A stretch of 64,000 bases of DNA from Chiloscyllium plagiosum (Eukaryota). Position 1 is the stretch's first letter. The number at the start of each line of letters is the position of its first letter. The notes beneath the pieces were generated by a model, which worked only from the letters and a program-made list of their open reading frames with translations, was not told the origin of the DNA and made no database searches. The stretch lies in assembly GCF_004010195.1 (NCBI RefSeq), contig NC_057736.1, forward strand, positions 17,991,535 through 18,055,534, written 5' to 3'. The translations under genes were made by a program, and so were the position numbers. This document shows positions 13,023 to 25,556 of the stretch, one piece after another.

Positions 13023-13686
13023 TAGATTGTACATACTGCAGCCACCCACTGTTAGTGATAAAGATGGACACTGAGCAAGCTTTTTAAGCATTGTCATAGC
13101 TGCTCCTATCCAGGGGAATGGTGGTTCATTACATTGGTATTGGAGAAGATTTAAGCTCGGTAGAGGTGAGGGTACCAGGATGAAATAGCAGAGAGTAATA
13201 TCAACAGAATGCTGGGATAACCCTAGAATAGGGATTAGTAATTCAATAGGTGGAGAAAGAATAAGGGGAAATGTAATCAGTCTATCTCAGGGTTACTGTG
13301 CATTTTTGTGAAAGGTGAATGCATGCAATATTGTGTCCTTGGGAATCATTGTGGTCACCCGTTGAAGCCTCTTCAATGCTGTATTTCTGCTCTGTAGCAC
13401 AACAGCCATTGAGATAAATAAACTTGAATAAAAGCTGACTTATATTTCTCACTCCTCGATAAGTTATTGGTTAACAGTTAAATAACTTTCCTTTATGTCT
13501 TAAACATTGTCAATCCCAAGTTTAATTTTATATCCTCCAATATAAATTTGCAAAGGCAAATCAAATTTGATTATGTTGATACGAAATATGTACTCTTGAA
13601 ACATTTGGCTGAACAATTATTTAACAAGTTGCGTGTATTAAAAATACAAATTCTATATTAATTTGGATCATGGTACACACACCAAA

Positions 13687-15399
13687 GGCTGAATTTTACC
13701 AAAAGTCAACTAAGTCTCAATTTCAGGGACCTTTTTGCGGGTTTCTTTCCCTAAGCGCAATGAGTTACCTCACAATTTTACACTGTCAATGTCGTTACAG
13801 TTGCACCATCCCATCCTATCATTGATTAGGTTGAGGATGTTCTCACCATTGCCAAGACTTTTGCTATTGGCTCCGTGTTTAAAGATTAATTAATAAAATG
13901 CAGCAGGTCAATTGCTGCCATCGAGAAATAGTCCGTCACATAGCATGTAGAGAAAGATAAGTTTCTGAGGGAACATTAGTGTCATGGGCGACACTCTGTT
14001 GCAATAGAAGCACTCCTTCATGAATGTATTGTTACTTTCCAGATTACCTACCTGATTGACTGACATTGTTACTGCAGCCATAAGAATCAAAGCTACACCG
14101 ACTACCTGTCCTTTGCAGTGCACACAGTTAGAATCCGGTCTACAGGAATGTTATTCTTTCCTAAACATGCAGGGCAGCATAACATTGTCATGTTTCAGGA
14201 TTGAGTATGGTCCACATTCCCCACAACCAACTTGGAAGCACAGCCCCAACTACTGAGTGCTCAGACCTCTGACTGACCTTGTGCTGTTCCCTTCTGATTT
14301 ACCGTAATCTCATGCTTGGTTGCACTGGACCTGCAGAACTGTCCTCCACTCATTCCCGGAACTATAATAATAGGGAATGTCTCTCACTGACCACTTCTAC
14401 AGCCCAACTGACCATGTCCATGCCCCTGGTCTGATATCGGATTGATCTACCGTGCCTGTGCTCCCTGACTGACACCCATACCTTTTGACTTGATGGAGAT
14501 TTATTCTCCTTAGTCTTTGAGCCATGGCCATTTGGTTGAAACACATTCAATGCTGCTGGCAATGATATAGCATTGATGTAACATAAAACAGCATGTCCTC
14601 CCCCTGGACTGATCACAGTCGACAAACACAAAAGCTGCCTGGCTTTGTGTCTGCACTAAGAGGCAAGGCAAGAGAAAAGGATAATGAGCCTGTAGGCTCT
14701 GAATGGCTTGGTAATGTGCAAAAACCCAAAGTGAGGCAGAGATGCAGTGAGCATCCAAGTAGGTGCAAAGTGAATGAGCAATAAGGAAGTGAGCTAACAG
14801 GCTGATATGCAGTATGTATATGTATTACTGTAGCTGGATACCCGTCTCTGTGAGCAAAGTGACCTGGCAGAATGTGATGTAAAGTGTCAATGTGTTCCAA
14901 AGTGCAGTATTTAAATAGTGAATTGTATTGCAAGTTAGCTCCAATGTACCACGATGATGTGACAAGGCTGGTGTATGCCTGATGCTAATCTTTGGACAGG
15001 GGGTGCAGGTAGTCACTGCCCATGGAGAGTACTCTGGGATGTTAGGGACAGCTGGCCAAGATGGAGGTCTGGAGGAGCAGGGGGTGGGCTAGAGCTGCCC
15101 AGCTCAGCTGGGGTAATCCCTTAGTCACCTATTCTGGCTTGCATGCTGGAATTGTCACTGTCTGATTTCTCTCTGCCATGTGGAAAAATAGGAAATTGCA
15201 TTCAAATGAGGTGAAATTAGGTGTTAATGGGATGTAAATGTGTGCAGATAAACATCCTGCCATTTGATGGTAAAATTCTCAACCTGCTGTTAAAATCTTG
15301 GTTGGAAAATCAGACTTCCTTTTCTCTGTGACAAGAATTCAATTTTCCCAACTGAATCATCACTGTCCACATAGCTCTTGGATCTGGGAAAATTAATCC
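13687..15399. mobile_element. Possible decayed DNA transposon (Harbinger-like)
   Basis: Short imperfect terminal inverted match ggctgaatttt / aaaattaatcc; no intact ORF. Confidence 0.25.
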
Positions 15400-15639
15400 C
15401 GGATTCTTACTGCCAATATTGAAACAAAACAGTAAATAATTTGTGCAAGATTTAATGCAAACTTTGACAATAGATTCCTGTACAAATTTGGAAATGCAAA
15501 TTTACAGCATAAATATACAGAAGTGGGAATAGGATAGTTGGATGGTTTATGAGTTTGTATAACACTGCTCACCTGACTTGTGTTTACCTATACAAAGCTG
15601 CATATCAGCTTACTCTTCTGTTTGGCTGGTTAACCATTT

Positions 15640-18218
15640 CCTTTTCCAAAGAGACCAAAGCTGGAACTAAATATTCAGGGATATATGACTTTCCAAAAGG
15701 ACAGACAGAAAGGAAATGTAGATTTTTAAAAAAAAATAGGTAATGACTCATGGCAAAGATATATTCCCGTGAGGAAGACAGATTCCAGGAAGTTTGGCAT
15801 TATTCGTGTGGGATGGACTAAGTTAGACAGCAAGAAATAACCTTGAATCAGAAGAAGCTGAATGAATTTGGGTGGAGGTAAGAACTGAAAAGGGAAAGAA
15901 GACACTGGTAGGAGTAGGCTCCATGCCCCTAACAGTAGCTATATTGTGAGACAGAGAGCAAATCAGGAGATAATGAAGACAAGTAACATAGGCTGCACAC
16001 TAATCATGGCTGACTATAAACTTCATGTCGATTGGCAGAGGAAGCCATGAGAAAGACATGAGAAAGAATTCATAGATTGTATTTGGGACAGTTTCCTAGA
16101 ACAATACGTTGTGGATAAAACCAGGGATTGGGTTATTGTGGATCTGGTGATGTAAAATAAGGCAGGTTTAACTAATGATGCCAGAGTAAAAGATCTCCCG
16201 TAACAATATAACAAGGTCAAATTTAGCACTCAGAGGAGCTTGGGTCAGAAACAGTGTGCTAAGCTTAAGTGAAACTAATGACAGGAATGAGGGCAGAGTT
16301 GGCTGAACTGGAGAAGGAGTTTAGTAGCAAAGAAGAACAATGGAGATGTTTAAGAAAATAGTTAATCACTCACAGCAAAGATATATTCCAGTGGGGAAGA
16401 ATGATTCTCAAATGGGGATTAATCAAGAATGGTTAATGAGGGAAGATAGGATAGCATCAGATTGCAAGAAAAAAAGAATCCTACAATGTGGCAAATATTA
16501 GGGGTGAGTCAAAGGACTGAGAAAGATTTTAAAAGCACCAAAAGATGACCTGAAAAATAATAAAAAGGGAGAAAATAAACTTTGATGGTAAATTTTTAAG
16601 TAATATCCACACAGGCAGCACGAACTTCCATAAATATATGACAAGAAAGAGAGAAGCCAAAGTGAGTAAAGTCCTTTTAGAGAGTGAGGCTGGGGAAATA
16701 ATGACAGAGAATTGGGAAATGGCAGGAAATGAATACTTTGCATCAAGTTTCATATTAGAAAACACAAGTAACATCCCAAAAATTACAAAAGGAAGAAAGG
16801 AGATCAAGATAATAACAGTCACTGGGGATTAAATGTTCAGGAAAAAATGGGACTAAAGACTGTTAAGTTCCCTGGACCTTCTGGGGTACATCCTAAGATA
16901 TTGAAGAAGTAGACACAGAAATAATGGATGTCGTGGCAATAATCTTCCAGGGATTCTTAGGTTCTGGAAAAGTCTCAAGGATTGGAAAACCGCCAGTGTA
17001 ACATCTTCATGTAAAAAGGGAAGGAGACAAAATATCGGTAAATATAGGCCAGTTAGTTTAATGTTTGTTATTGGAAAATATTGGAGTCTATTATAAAGGA
17101 TGAAAGAACAGAGCATTTAGAAATACATCATATGATCAAGCAGAGTCATCATGGTTTCACGAAGGGGACATCATGCTGAACAAAGTTATTAGAACTCTTT
17201 GATGAAGTAACAAGCAGGATAGATAACATATTTAGATTTTTAGAAGATTTTTGATAAGGTACCACACGTTAGGCTATTATATAAGAGCTCATGGTGCTGG
17301 AGATAGTATATTAACCTAGATAGAGGATTGATAAACTCATAGAAGACAGACACTTAGGATAAGGATTTTCAGGGTGGCAAACTGTAACTAGTGGTGTATC
17401 ACAGGTATCAGTGCTGGGGACACAATTACTTAATATGTAGATTAATAACTCAAAAAAGGTGAATGTATTATAATCAAACTTGCGGATCACTCAAAAATAG
17501 GTAGGAAGGCAAGTCTGCAGAGAGGTGCAAGTTACAGGAATGGGCAAAAGCTTGGCAATTGGAATATAATGCAGGGAAAAGTGAGATCATGCATTTTAGC
17601 AGGAGTTAAATATTATTTAAATGGAAAAAAATGACAGAACGATACAAAACAGAGGGCTTTGGGAGTCTTCATCTTGGAATCACAAAAAGCTAACATCCAG
17701 GTTCTGGGCCCTTCATCTCAGGAAAGATATACAGCTGTCAGAGGCAATCTAAAGAAGGTTCACCAGGTGATATCAGGTACGGAGGCTGTGTATTATGAGG
17801 AGTGGTTGAGAAGGTACTGTACTCATGGAAGCTTGTACTCATTGACACATCCAAGAACAAGAGGTAACCTTATTAAAATACACAAGATTCTGAGAGGACT
17901 TGACAGGATAACTAAGGAAAAGAGTCTGGAACCAGACAGTTCTAACCTCAGAATAAGTCACACAGTTAAGACATAGGTGAGGAGGAATTTCTTCACTCAG
18001 AAGATAGTGAATCTATGGAATTCTTTATCACAGAGGCTTGTTGAGGTTGGGTCATTAGGTATATTCAAGGCTGAGAGAGATTTTAAATAAGTAAGGAAAT
18101 TAAAAGTTATGGGTAAGAGGCAGGAAAGTGAAGGATCAGCCGTGATCTCATTGATAGGCAGAGTGTAATCAATGACCTGAGTGGTCTACTCCTGCTCTGG
18201 TGCCTTATAGTCATATGG
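15640..18218 (+). mobile_element. Degenerate near-full-length CR1 LINE ORF2
   Basis: Frameshifted remnants from the endonuclease (ELNIQGYMTFQKDRQKGK-like) through the RT (YRPVSL, HGF, FDKVPH, GVSQVSVLG) to the 3' UTR. Confidence 0.85.
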
Positions 18219-20034
18219 AACCCCGTGTAAAGGAAGGCAGTTGTGGTCAGGAGGGTGGAATGCCTGTCGTTCAGTTGTAGTTTACCTCAGGGAGCAATTA
18301 CCTCTCACTATCAGCATTACATTAGTGACAGATATTAAATACCTGCATAGAGTGACATAAAGTGGGCAGGTATGAGTCACATTTCAATTTCCTTTTCGTT
18401 GCCTGCAACCCAAAGCTCTAGAATTCCCCCATCAAATCATTCTGCCATTTATCTATCACTCCTCCTTTAATTGACTCCTTAAAATTAAATATGCTCCTTT
18501 CAAAATTTATCCATTCCCTTATCCGTAAATCCATTATGTTTTGTTTTGTAGTCCTCGTTCTTACTGAAGTACGTTTCCACAGATATGGAGACTTTCGGAT
18601 ATTCAGCCAATCTTCATGCATGAAGCTTGATCCTGATACTGAGCATCAGTGATCACTCAGTGGTATCATTGCTGAAGCAGACACTGAGGTAGGTGATCAG
18701 TCATGCACAAGCATAATGGGCTGAATGGCCTACTGCTGTTCTTCCATTTCTGTGAAACGCCCATTCAACCCGAGCCATTACATTCTGAAGTTAAGGACAG
18801 AATAAAGGGGACATATTACTTCGTTAAAATATCTGCCTATATCCACAAAACTTTCCTTTAATATTTCAGCAGAAACAGACAGCTATGGTTTGGACAAATT
18901 CAACTCAGAACAGCACTGTTTTTTTTCACCATGCAGGCCCATGACTCCTTTGCATTTATTCTGCCTGAAGTGAAATGGTTTCCTGGCAACAAGCACAGGT
19001 GGGACCCATTAGTCAAACAAATCAGTCAAAATTTGGATGAAATGTTCCACCTTGCACCTTTATTTTGGTTATTAGATTCATTCCCTTGGACAGCTTATTC
19101 CAACTCTAAAGGCAGATACTTGGACCTGACACCAATGGAGGCTCAGTGGGCAGGATTCCTGGCTTTGAACTAGACAGATTGTGGGCTCAAGCCCTATTCC
19201 ACCTATTCCAGAGAAGTCATCATAAACTCCAGGCAAGCTGTGCAGGGCTAAGGAGTGCTACTCTGTTGGAGGGTTGGAGGTGCTGTCTTTTAATTGAAGT
19301 GTTAAACTGAGGCCCTGACTGGAGCTAAAAAGTCTTATGGTGCAATCTTACAGAAAGCAGGAGAATTCCTCATGATGTCCTGGCCAATTTTTAACCATTA
19401 ACCAAATTATCCATTCATTGTCACATTGCTGTCTGTGGTAATTGCTGTGCTAAAATTGGTTGCTATACCTTTCACAATGACTGAACTTCAAAAGCATCAA
19501 ATTAGCTGTATAGTGCTTTCGGATGTCCTGAAGTAATAAACAGTGATAACTAAATGCAAGCTCTTCCTTCTACTATGAGTGGCAGAACTCCTGAATTACA
19601 ACCAGGGCTTTGATTTTTCATTCAAATGAATGACTTTTGTGAGAGTTAAGCTGGTTGTAGTAAATAAACCAGATCCCATTGTTAGTACATGGGATTTCTA
19701 TTTTAAAATTGGAGTGATTACTAATATTGCCAAAATAGTCCTGGTACACATGCAGACACAGTCCTTGACATTAGCTGGCCACCGCAGACTGCAGAAGGTG
19801 TCTGCACACACATTACAGATGAAGCAGAGATTCCCCTCCCCAGCTTTCCTTCTTTATCAAGGTTTAATATTGAGGCTAACAGCTGGCTGTGCAAAAGAGG
19901 GACAAGTAATCAATAAATTTACAATTACTTTTGAACAGCTGCTTTTAAAAGGTTCCTGTTATGTATTCACAAGGTTACATTGTATCTTATGATTGAGTAA
20001 TCAGAAGAATGCAGAGATGATGCTTATTTAAATC

Positions 20035-20040
20035 TTTATT
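20035..20040 (-). promoter_or_regulatory. Candidate polyadenylation signal for the minus-strand BTLA-like gene
   Basis: AATAAA on the minus strand, downstream of a strong pyrimidine-rich acceptor (exon start 20854) that may begin a terminal exon. Confidence 0.3.
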
Positions 20041-22169
20041 TATAATACTTTAAAGCATCTCATTACATATAGGATTTGTACATAGGCTTATTTCCAGCTC
20101 AGAGCCCAGATCATTTCTGGAATATTCCCAGGTGTTGGTACTTAAAGCACCATCTCCAACCACAAGCTTGGGCAATCAAGCAGTATACAAGGATCATTTT
20201 GTTAAAAAATCTAACCTATTTTTCTAATCAACCAGTTCCGAGATGTTATGACACACCTCTGGAGCCAATGGGAATTGAAAACAAGACTCCCAGTCTAGGA
20301 ATAGGAACACTACTGCAGTACCACAAGAGGGCCCACAGGAGACAGTTATCAGAGTAGCTTAATTGAACACACATGAAACAAAGCATTGACTACTTCAGTT
20401 CTTAAATGCATACAGGCTGACAGAATAGTGGTTTGGAATCTTAATCTAGTTCAAAAATCTGATGAGTCTATCAGCTGACTCAATCACAATTAGAAGTTGC
20501 TTAAATCATTTTACTAATAAACTGTAAAAATAATGAACAGAAAACAAGCAGGAAGCAACTGGCAACATCAATTACTATAATTTTTATCATATATTAAGCC
20601 TATTAAATTGTACAATTAACTTTGGTCATGTGGAGGTACTTTTAGATGTTTCCTATATAAACCTTAAATCCAGGAATGAAATTATGGGATTCAATTGACC
20701 AGGTCACTATGTCGCTGAATGCCTGGTTGGGTAGAAGCTAGCGCAATAAGTTTAGGGTCAAATCTCAGGTACATAACTATTTGCATAACAGAGGTAACAC
20801 TCTGCCATTAATGATGCTTGGTGTTTTCTCCATAGGAAGATGGGCAATTTACATCTGCACGTTCAGCAGAAGATGTGGAAGAAAATAAATTGAAATAGAT
20901 AAAATAAATTGTATTGTGCTTATCTCAGAGCATTGCGCTTCAGGATGGATGGCAAAGCTTTAGGGACTATGCAGAGATGTTTACCAGATTGAAACCAGGG
21001 ACTACAGTTGAGTGCTGGGAGATGAGTGGAGTGCAATAGCAGACTCAATAGCAAATTTGAAAAGCGAAATTAGATAAATACTTGAAAAGGGGAACATTGC
21101 AGGAATATAGGGATTTAAGAGCTGGTTGGAGACTAATTGGGTAGCTCTTCCAAACACAATAGACAGAATGGCCTCCTTCAGTTCTGCAAAATGTTCCAAA
21201 GATTTACTGCTTATGTTGTTGTTTCTTGCCCATCAATAGTCAATCTGACAAATCCCTTGCACATTTGCTGGAATTAGTGGAACCACACAATATATCTGTT
21301 AGCTAATGGGCTAATGGCAATGTAACAGCCCAAAGTTCCCCAACACTACCTTTTCAAATAAATTTGGACTCACGGTCATGTGAAAACTTTAAAGGGGGGA
21401 GTAACTCACTTTCATGTTCCAAGCACTGGTCCCGCCTTCTGGTGTCGTGTCACACACAGTGGGATAGGGTGGGGTGGGGGGAGTGGGTACAGGTTGCACA
21501 AGTTAATGCCACTCTTGGAATTTTTGAAGGTGGTCTTAAAGGAACAGGACTTAACACAGATTCAAATCCACATTACTGTCACTACCCAAATTTGATAAAT
21601 GTTCATTCTAAAATGGTCTCAAAAGTTCCAAGCTATAATCCATCATATTAACTGGAACCTCAATGGCAGCTGAGTTGTTTTTTAAATTTACCCATGGGAT
21701 ATGAGCCTATCAGGCTGGCCAGCATTTAATTCCCCCCACTGGCTGCCTTTGAGAGGATGGTGGTGAGCTGCTGCTGCAGTCCATATGCTGAAGCAAGACC
21801 TACAATGCCCTTAGGGGGTACTTCCAGAAGTTTGACCCAGTGACTGTGAGGGGCGATAAGGTGCCAAATGTTTATGCAACAAGCTTTTCCTTGCTTTCCA
21901 AAATAATGCCACTGGCTGCTTTGTGGCCAACAGAAAGGGCAGATAAGATCTTGATTCAATGTCATTTCCAAAGGTTGGTGCCTCCAGATGTGTAGCACTC
22001 TCCCAATACTGTGCTGGGTTTGCAAACCTTGACTACTTGTTCAACTCTCTGAAGTGAAACTTGAAGTCTTCATGCCTCTGGATCAAAAGAAAATAAGGCA
22101 ATTGTGAAAGCATTGAATGGAAAAAGAAATTCTTGACAAGCTCATCAATAGTCATATAACCAAGACTCA

Positions 22170-22370
22170 CTATTGGTTAGGAGGATCATTTTCATAGATA
22201 CATTCTTCAGACTGTACATTTATGGAAAATGTCTCATTTATATAAAAGGGCTCCATGTGTTTCATATTTACATATGCCTCCACTACGTGTCGCTCAGTTG
22301 TGCCAGTCGAAGAAGTAAGCTGAGGGGTAACTGCTGTGATGTTGGGTGACGAGGAAGCCAGGGTAACACT
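22170..22370 (-). CDS. BTLA: BTLA-like gene A, cytoplasmic exon 2 (tyrosine motifs YVNM, YINE, YEND)
   Basis: cctttccag|AGT acceptor, phase 0; SVTLASSSPN...EAYVNMKHMEPFYINETF...ECIYENDPPNQ then TAG overlapping a TA|GTGAGT donor. IYENDP matches the BTLA IYDNDP Grb2 motif. Confidence 0.8.
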   Translation of the reverse strand, partial: SVTLASSSPNITAVTPQLTSSTGTTERHVVEAYVNMKHMEPFYINETFSINVQSEECIYENDPPNQ

Positions 22371-22644
22371 CTGGAAAGGATCAAACATAAAAATATTATT
22401 GGATAAATATACACAAATACATTACTCAGTGGATGGATATACCACTAGGGCTTGATGGTTTTCTATAAAATGCCTCAACAGTGAATCAACCTCTCTCTAA
22501 TGATCAAATTCTTACTAATACTTGATAATAAACATTTATCTTTCAATCACTTTCACTAAATGATTTCTTCACTATAAAATTGCTGTTTGTACGAGCTTGC
22601 TGTGTGTCAATTAGCTGCTGTAAATAGTAGAATATAGAATTGTA

Positions 22645-23390
22645 AACCACCATTTCTATCACTTTCAACAGGATGTCACAACCAAACACATCTTCCCCTT
22701 CCATTCCTTGTCAACTTTCTGCAGAGACCATTCCCTCCAGGACACTCTAGTCCACTCCTCCTCCATTCCCAACATCGCCTCATTCACCCACAGCACCTTC
22801 CCTTGCAATTGCAGAAGGTATAATAATTGCCCATTTACCTCCACCCTCCTCACTATCCAAGGCCCCAAACATACTTTCCAAGTGAAGCGGTGATTCACCT
22901 GTTCTTCACTCAATCTAGACTCCTGAATTTGCTATTCACAATGCCGTCTCCTCTACATTGGGGAGACAAAATGCAGTCCGGGCAACCCCTTCACCAAGCT
23001 CGAAGCTCATTTTCCCATTGGGAATCCTGCAGCCTCTCGGATCCAGCATTGAGTTTCACAACTGTAGAGACTGATTACGCCTTCCATGTTTTTTACCCAC
23101 CCCACACTCACTCTTATTATGACAGGGGCTGCTTCTAGTACAGTCACCCATTCGTACATGCTCCTCAGCCTATTATCACATTATATGAGTTGCATTCAGC
23201 ACAGCTAACCCCTTTCTCACTCTTACCTTTTATTATCTCCCATCCGTCTCCACTTCAGATTCAGTATAAATACCACTTTGTCCTGGCTATTGTCAGTTCT
23301 GATGAAGAGTCACTGGACTCAAAATACTAACTCTGTTTTATTCCCACAGATCTGCTAAGTTTCTCCAGCAACTTCTGCTTTTGTTTCAGT
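22645..23390 (+). mobile_element. Degenerate Penelope-like element
   Basis: FCRDHSLQDTLVHSS...FPCNCRRYNNC homologous to the copies at 31500 and 48400; decayed hammerhead motif at 23299. Confidence 0.8.
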
Positions 23391-25285
23391 TACTGTAATT
23401 CACGCATGACAACAGTGCCGAGACTTCAAAAACACTTTACTATCTGTAAACCACCTTACGATGTTCTGAAATCATGAAAGACCCTATAATAAGCATAAGT
23501 TCTTTCTTTTATGGGGCTTTCAGTTCAAGCTGGCCAGAACAATAAACACAAATTTGACTCTAATTTACCTGACTCTAACCTTCTGCTATTGCAATGGAGG
23601 TGAATGGAAACCTAGTCTGAACATCTGCGGCTGTTGCAATAAAGAGTTTATATCTGAGATGTCCATCACCTACCTTTTCCCACTAGAAATATTAGATGCT
23701 AAGAGTATGTTTTCACTTATGGGAGAGACAAGCACTCAGGCAAAACAATTTCAAAATAAACGAGTCTCTCGTTTAAAATGGATTTGAAGAGATTTTCTTT
23801 TCTTTCAGAGGTTTAACCTTTGGAATTCTCTTCTCGAGAGAACAGGAAGGCAGATTCATTGAAAAGTTTTAAGGCTGACTTAGATAGCTTGATTAACAAG
23901 AGAGTCAAGTGTTTAATACATAGACAGGAAGATAGAAACAAATTACCGCAGATGCTGGAATCTGTACTGAAAACAACAAATGCTGGAGATCACAGTGGGT
24001 CAGACAGCATCCACAGCATCCACAGAGAGAGAACAAGCTCATGTTTCGAGTCTACATGACTCTTCACAGGAGTAGAGTTGGGGTCACAATCAATTAGCCA
24101 TGATCTTAATAAATGGCAGAATGGGGAAAGGCTTACTCCTGCTCCTAATTTGTATGCATGTTTATTGCTATTTCCATTTTATTTTTGCTGTTGTGAGACA
24201 TTGCTGTGCACAAATTGTTTGCCATGTTTCCTACATTAGAACAGTGAATACACTTCAGAAGTATATCATTACTGTAAAGTGTTTTGTGTTGACTCAGGAT
24301 GACAGAGGAATTACATAAACGCAAGTTAATTCTTATGATAAAAATTCAGTCACAGAGAGATTGCTCAGCTTTAAACTCATTTGAACAGAAAAATCACTTC
24401 AAAAAGCAATAATAATTTATAATCTAAGACTAAAACATATGTAATTAACCTGGTTGAAATTATATTCCCAGCAGTTACCCAAAAAGGGCATATCCCTGAA
24501 GTTTTATTGCTCACTGAAAGGAAGAACTACATTTCAATAGCACCTTTCACCACTCAAACACCCCAAAGCCATTTGCATCTAATTACGTACTTTTCAAGGG
24601 AACTCCAGATTCTATTTTATTTGTTCACTGTAAATAACTACCATTTTTGTAATATGCAATGGAGTATTTACATTATATTAAATAATCTGAATTATAAATA
24701 CAAGGAAGCCTCAGTGGTGAACATCAGGAGGCATCTAATCTGGGAGCTCTAGTGGTGTGTATATGCAATAACAGAACCATGGTAGAAATTTACAGGCAGG
24801 AATCTAATTAAGGGTCTTGCATTGTTTAGAAATCAAAATAATGGTCTATCTGGATTGAGTAACAGTCTGGAATCCAATGGTAAGGTGCAAGAAGTTTATA
24901 CTTCAAGTCAAGATACTGTGGACTGAGTTAGATGCTAAAATCTAATTGGGTAGCTTTTCTGACAGTGGGATGGGGTGTTGAATTTATACATTGAATGAAG
25001 ATACCTGGAGAGTTAAAGGCTGGAGGGTTGTGAATCTTTGGAGTCCTTTCACCATAGAGCCGTGAATGCTCAGTCATTGAGTTTTCATCATTACAATCAT
25101 TACAGATTGTTTGGCACAATAAGAATCAATGAATAAAGCAAGAAGGTAGATCACTCATGATCTTATTGAAACAGGTTCAAGTGGTGTTTGCCACCAACCC
25201 TTCCATCCCTCCCATCGTCACCCTGCAATTTCATACATTTGTACATTTTTCTCTCGAATGATGCCTCACATGTCACCACAGTTAC

Positions 25286-25329
25286 CTTTACTTGGGCTCT
25301 TTGTCTTCTCAGCGCCAACTTCCGTTTTT
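25286..25329 (-). CDS. BTLA: BTLA-like gene A, cytoplasmic exon 1 (basic juxtamembrane)
   Basis: gctttttaaag|AA acceptor (phase 1), EKRKLALRRQRAQVK, AAG|GTAACT donor (alternative in-frame donor CAA|GTAAAG ends at 25292); phase 0 fits the next exon. Confidence 0.75.
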
Positions 25330-25439
25330 CTTTAAAAAGCAAATCAACAAATAGTATCAATGCACATGGCAACAAATCAGCTATGTATTTATAGTAATGT
25401 TGATAAATGAGTGTCCTCTTCTGCTGTGCGGGTGCTTAC

Positions 25440-25556
25440 CTCGACAGTATAGCATGATACAGACTATCACCACCGACAGAGGCAGAATGCTCAAAAAGTA
25501 CCATTTATTTGTGGTTTCAGTGTGTTCAACTGGTATTAAGGGAGCATCAGAAGCTT
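25440..25556 (-). CDS. BTLA: BTLA-like gene A, stalk and transmembrane exon
   Basis: gtttttcag|AA...CGAG|GTAAGC, 117 nt, phase 1-1; EASDAPLIPVEHTETTNKWYFLSILPLSVVIVCIMLYCR resembles the BTLA TM (W...LLPL...C). Confidence 0.88.

Noticed and set aside
14161-14200. Minus-strand CYAALH, resembling the fish BTLA ITIM
   Set aside because: Flanked by in-frame stops, no acceptor, and probably within a decayed repeat.
18336-18377. Minus-strand SLYAGI-stop, an ITIM-like motif that could be the missing end of gene A
   Set aside because: In-frame TGA just upstream with no AG acceptor between it and the motif.
21374-21534. Possible extra exon of gene A (cctttaag acceptor, GTGAGT donors)
   Set aside because: Joining to the TA| donor gives a stop, the frames checked are interrupted, and there are no tyrosine inhibitory motifs.
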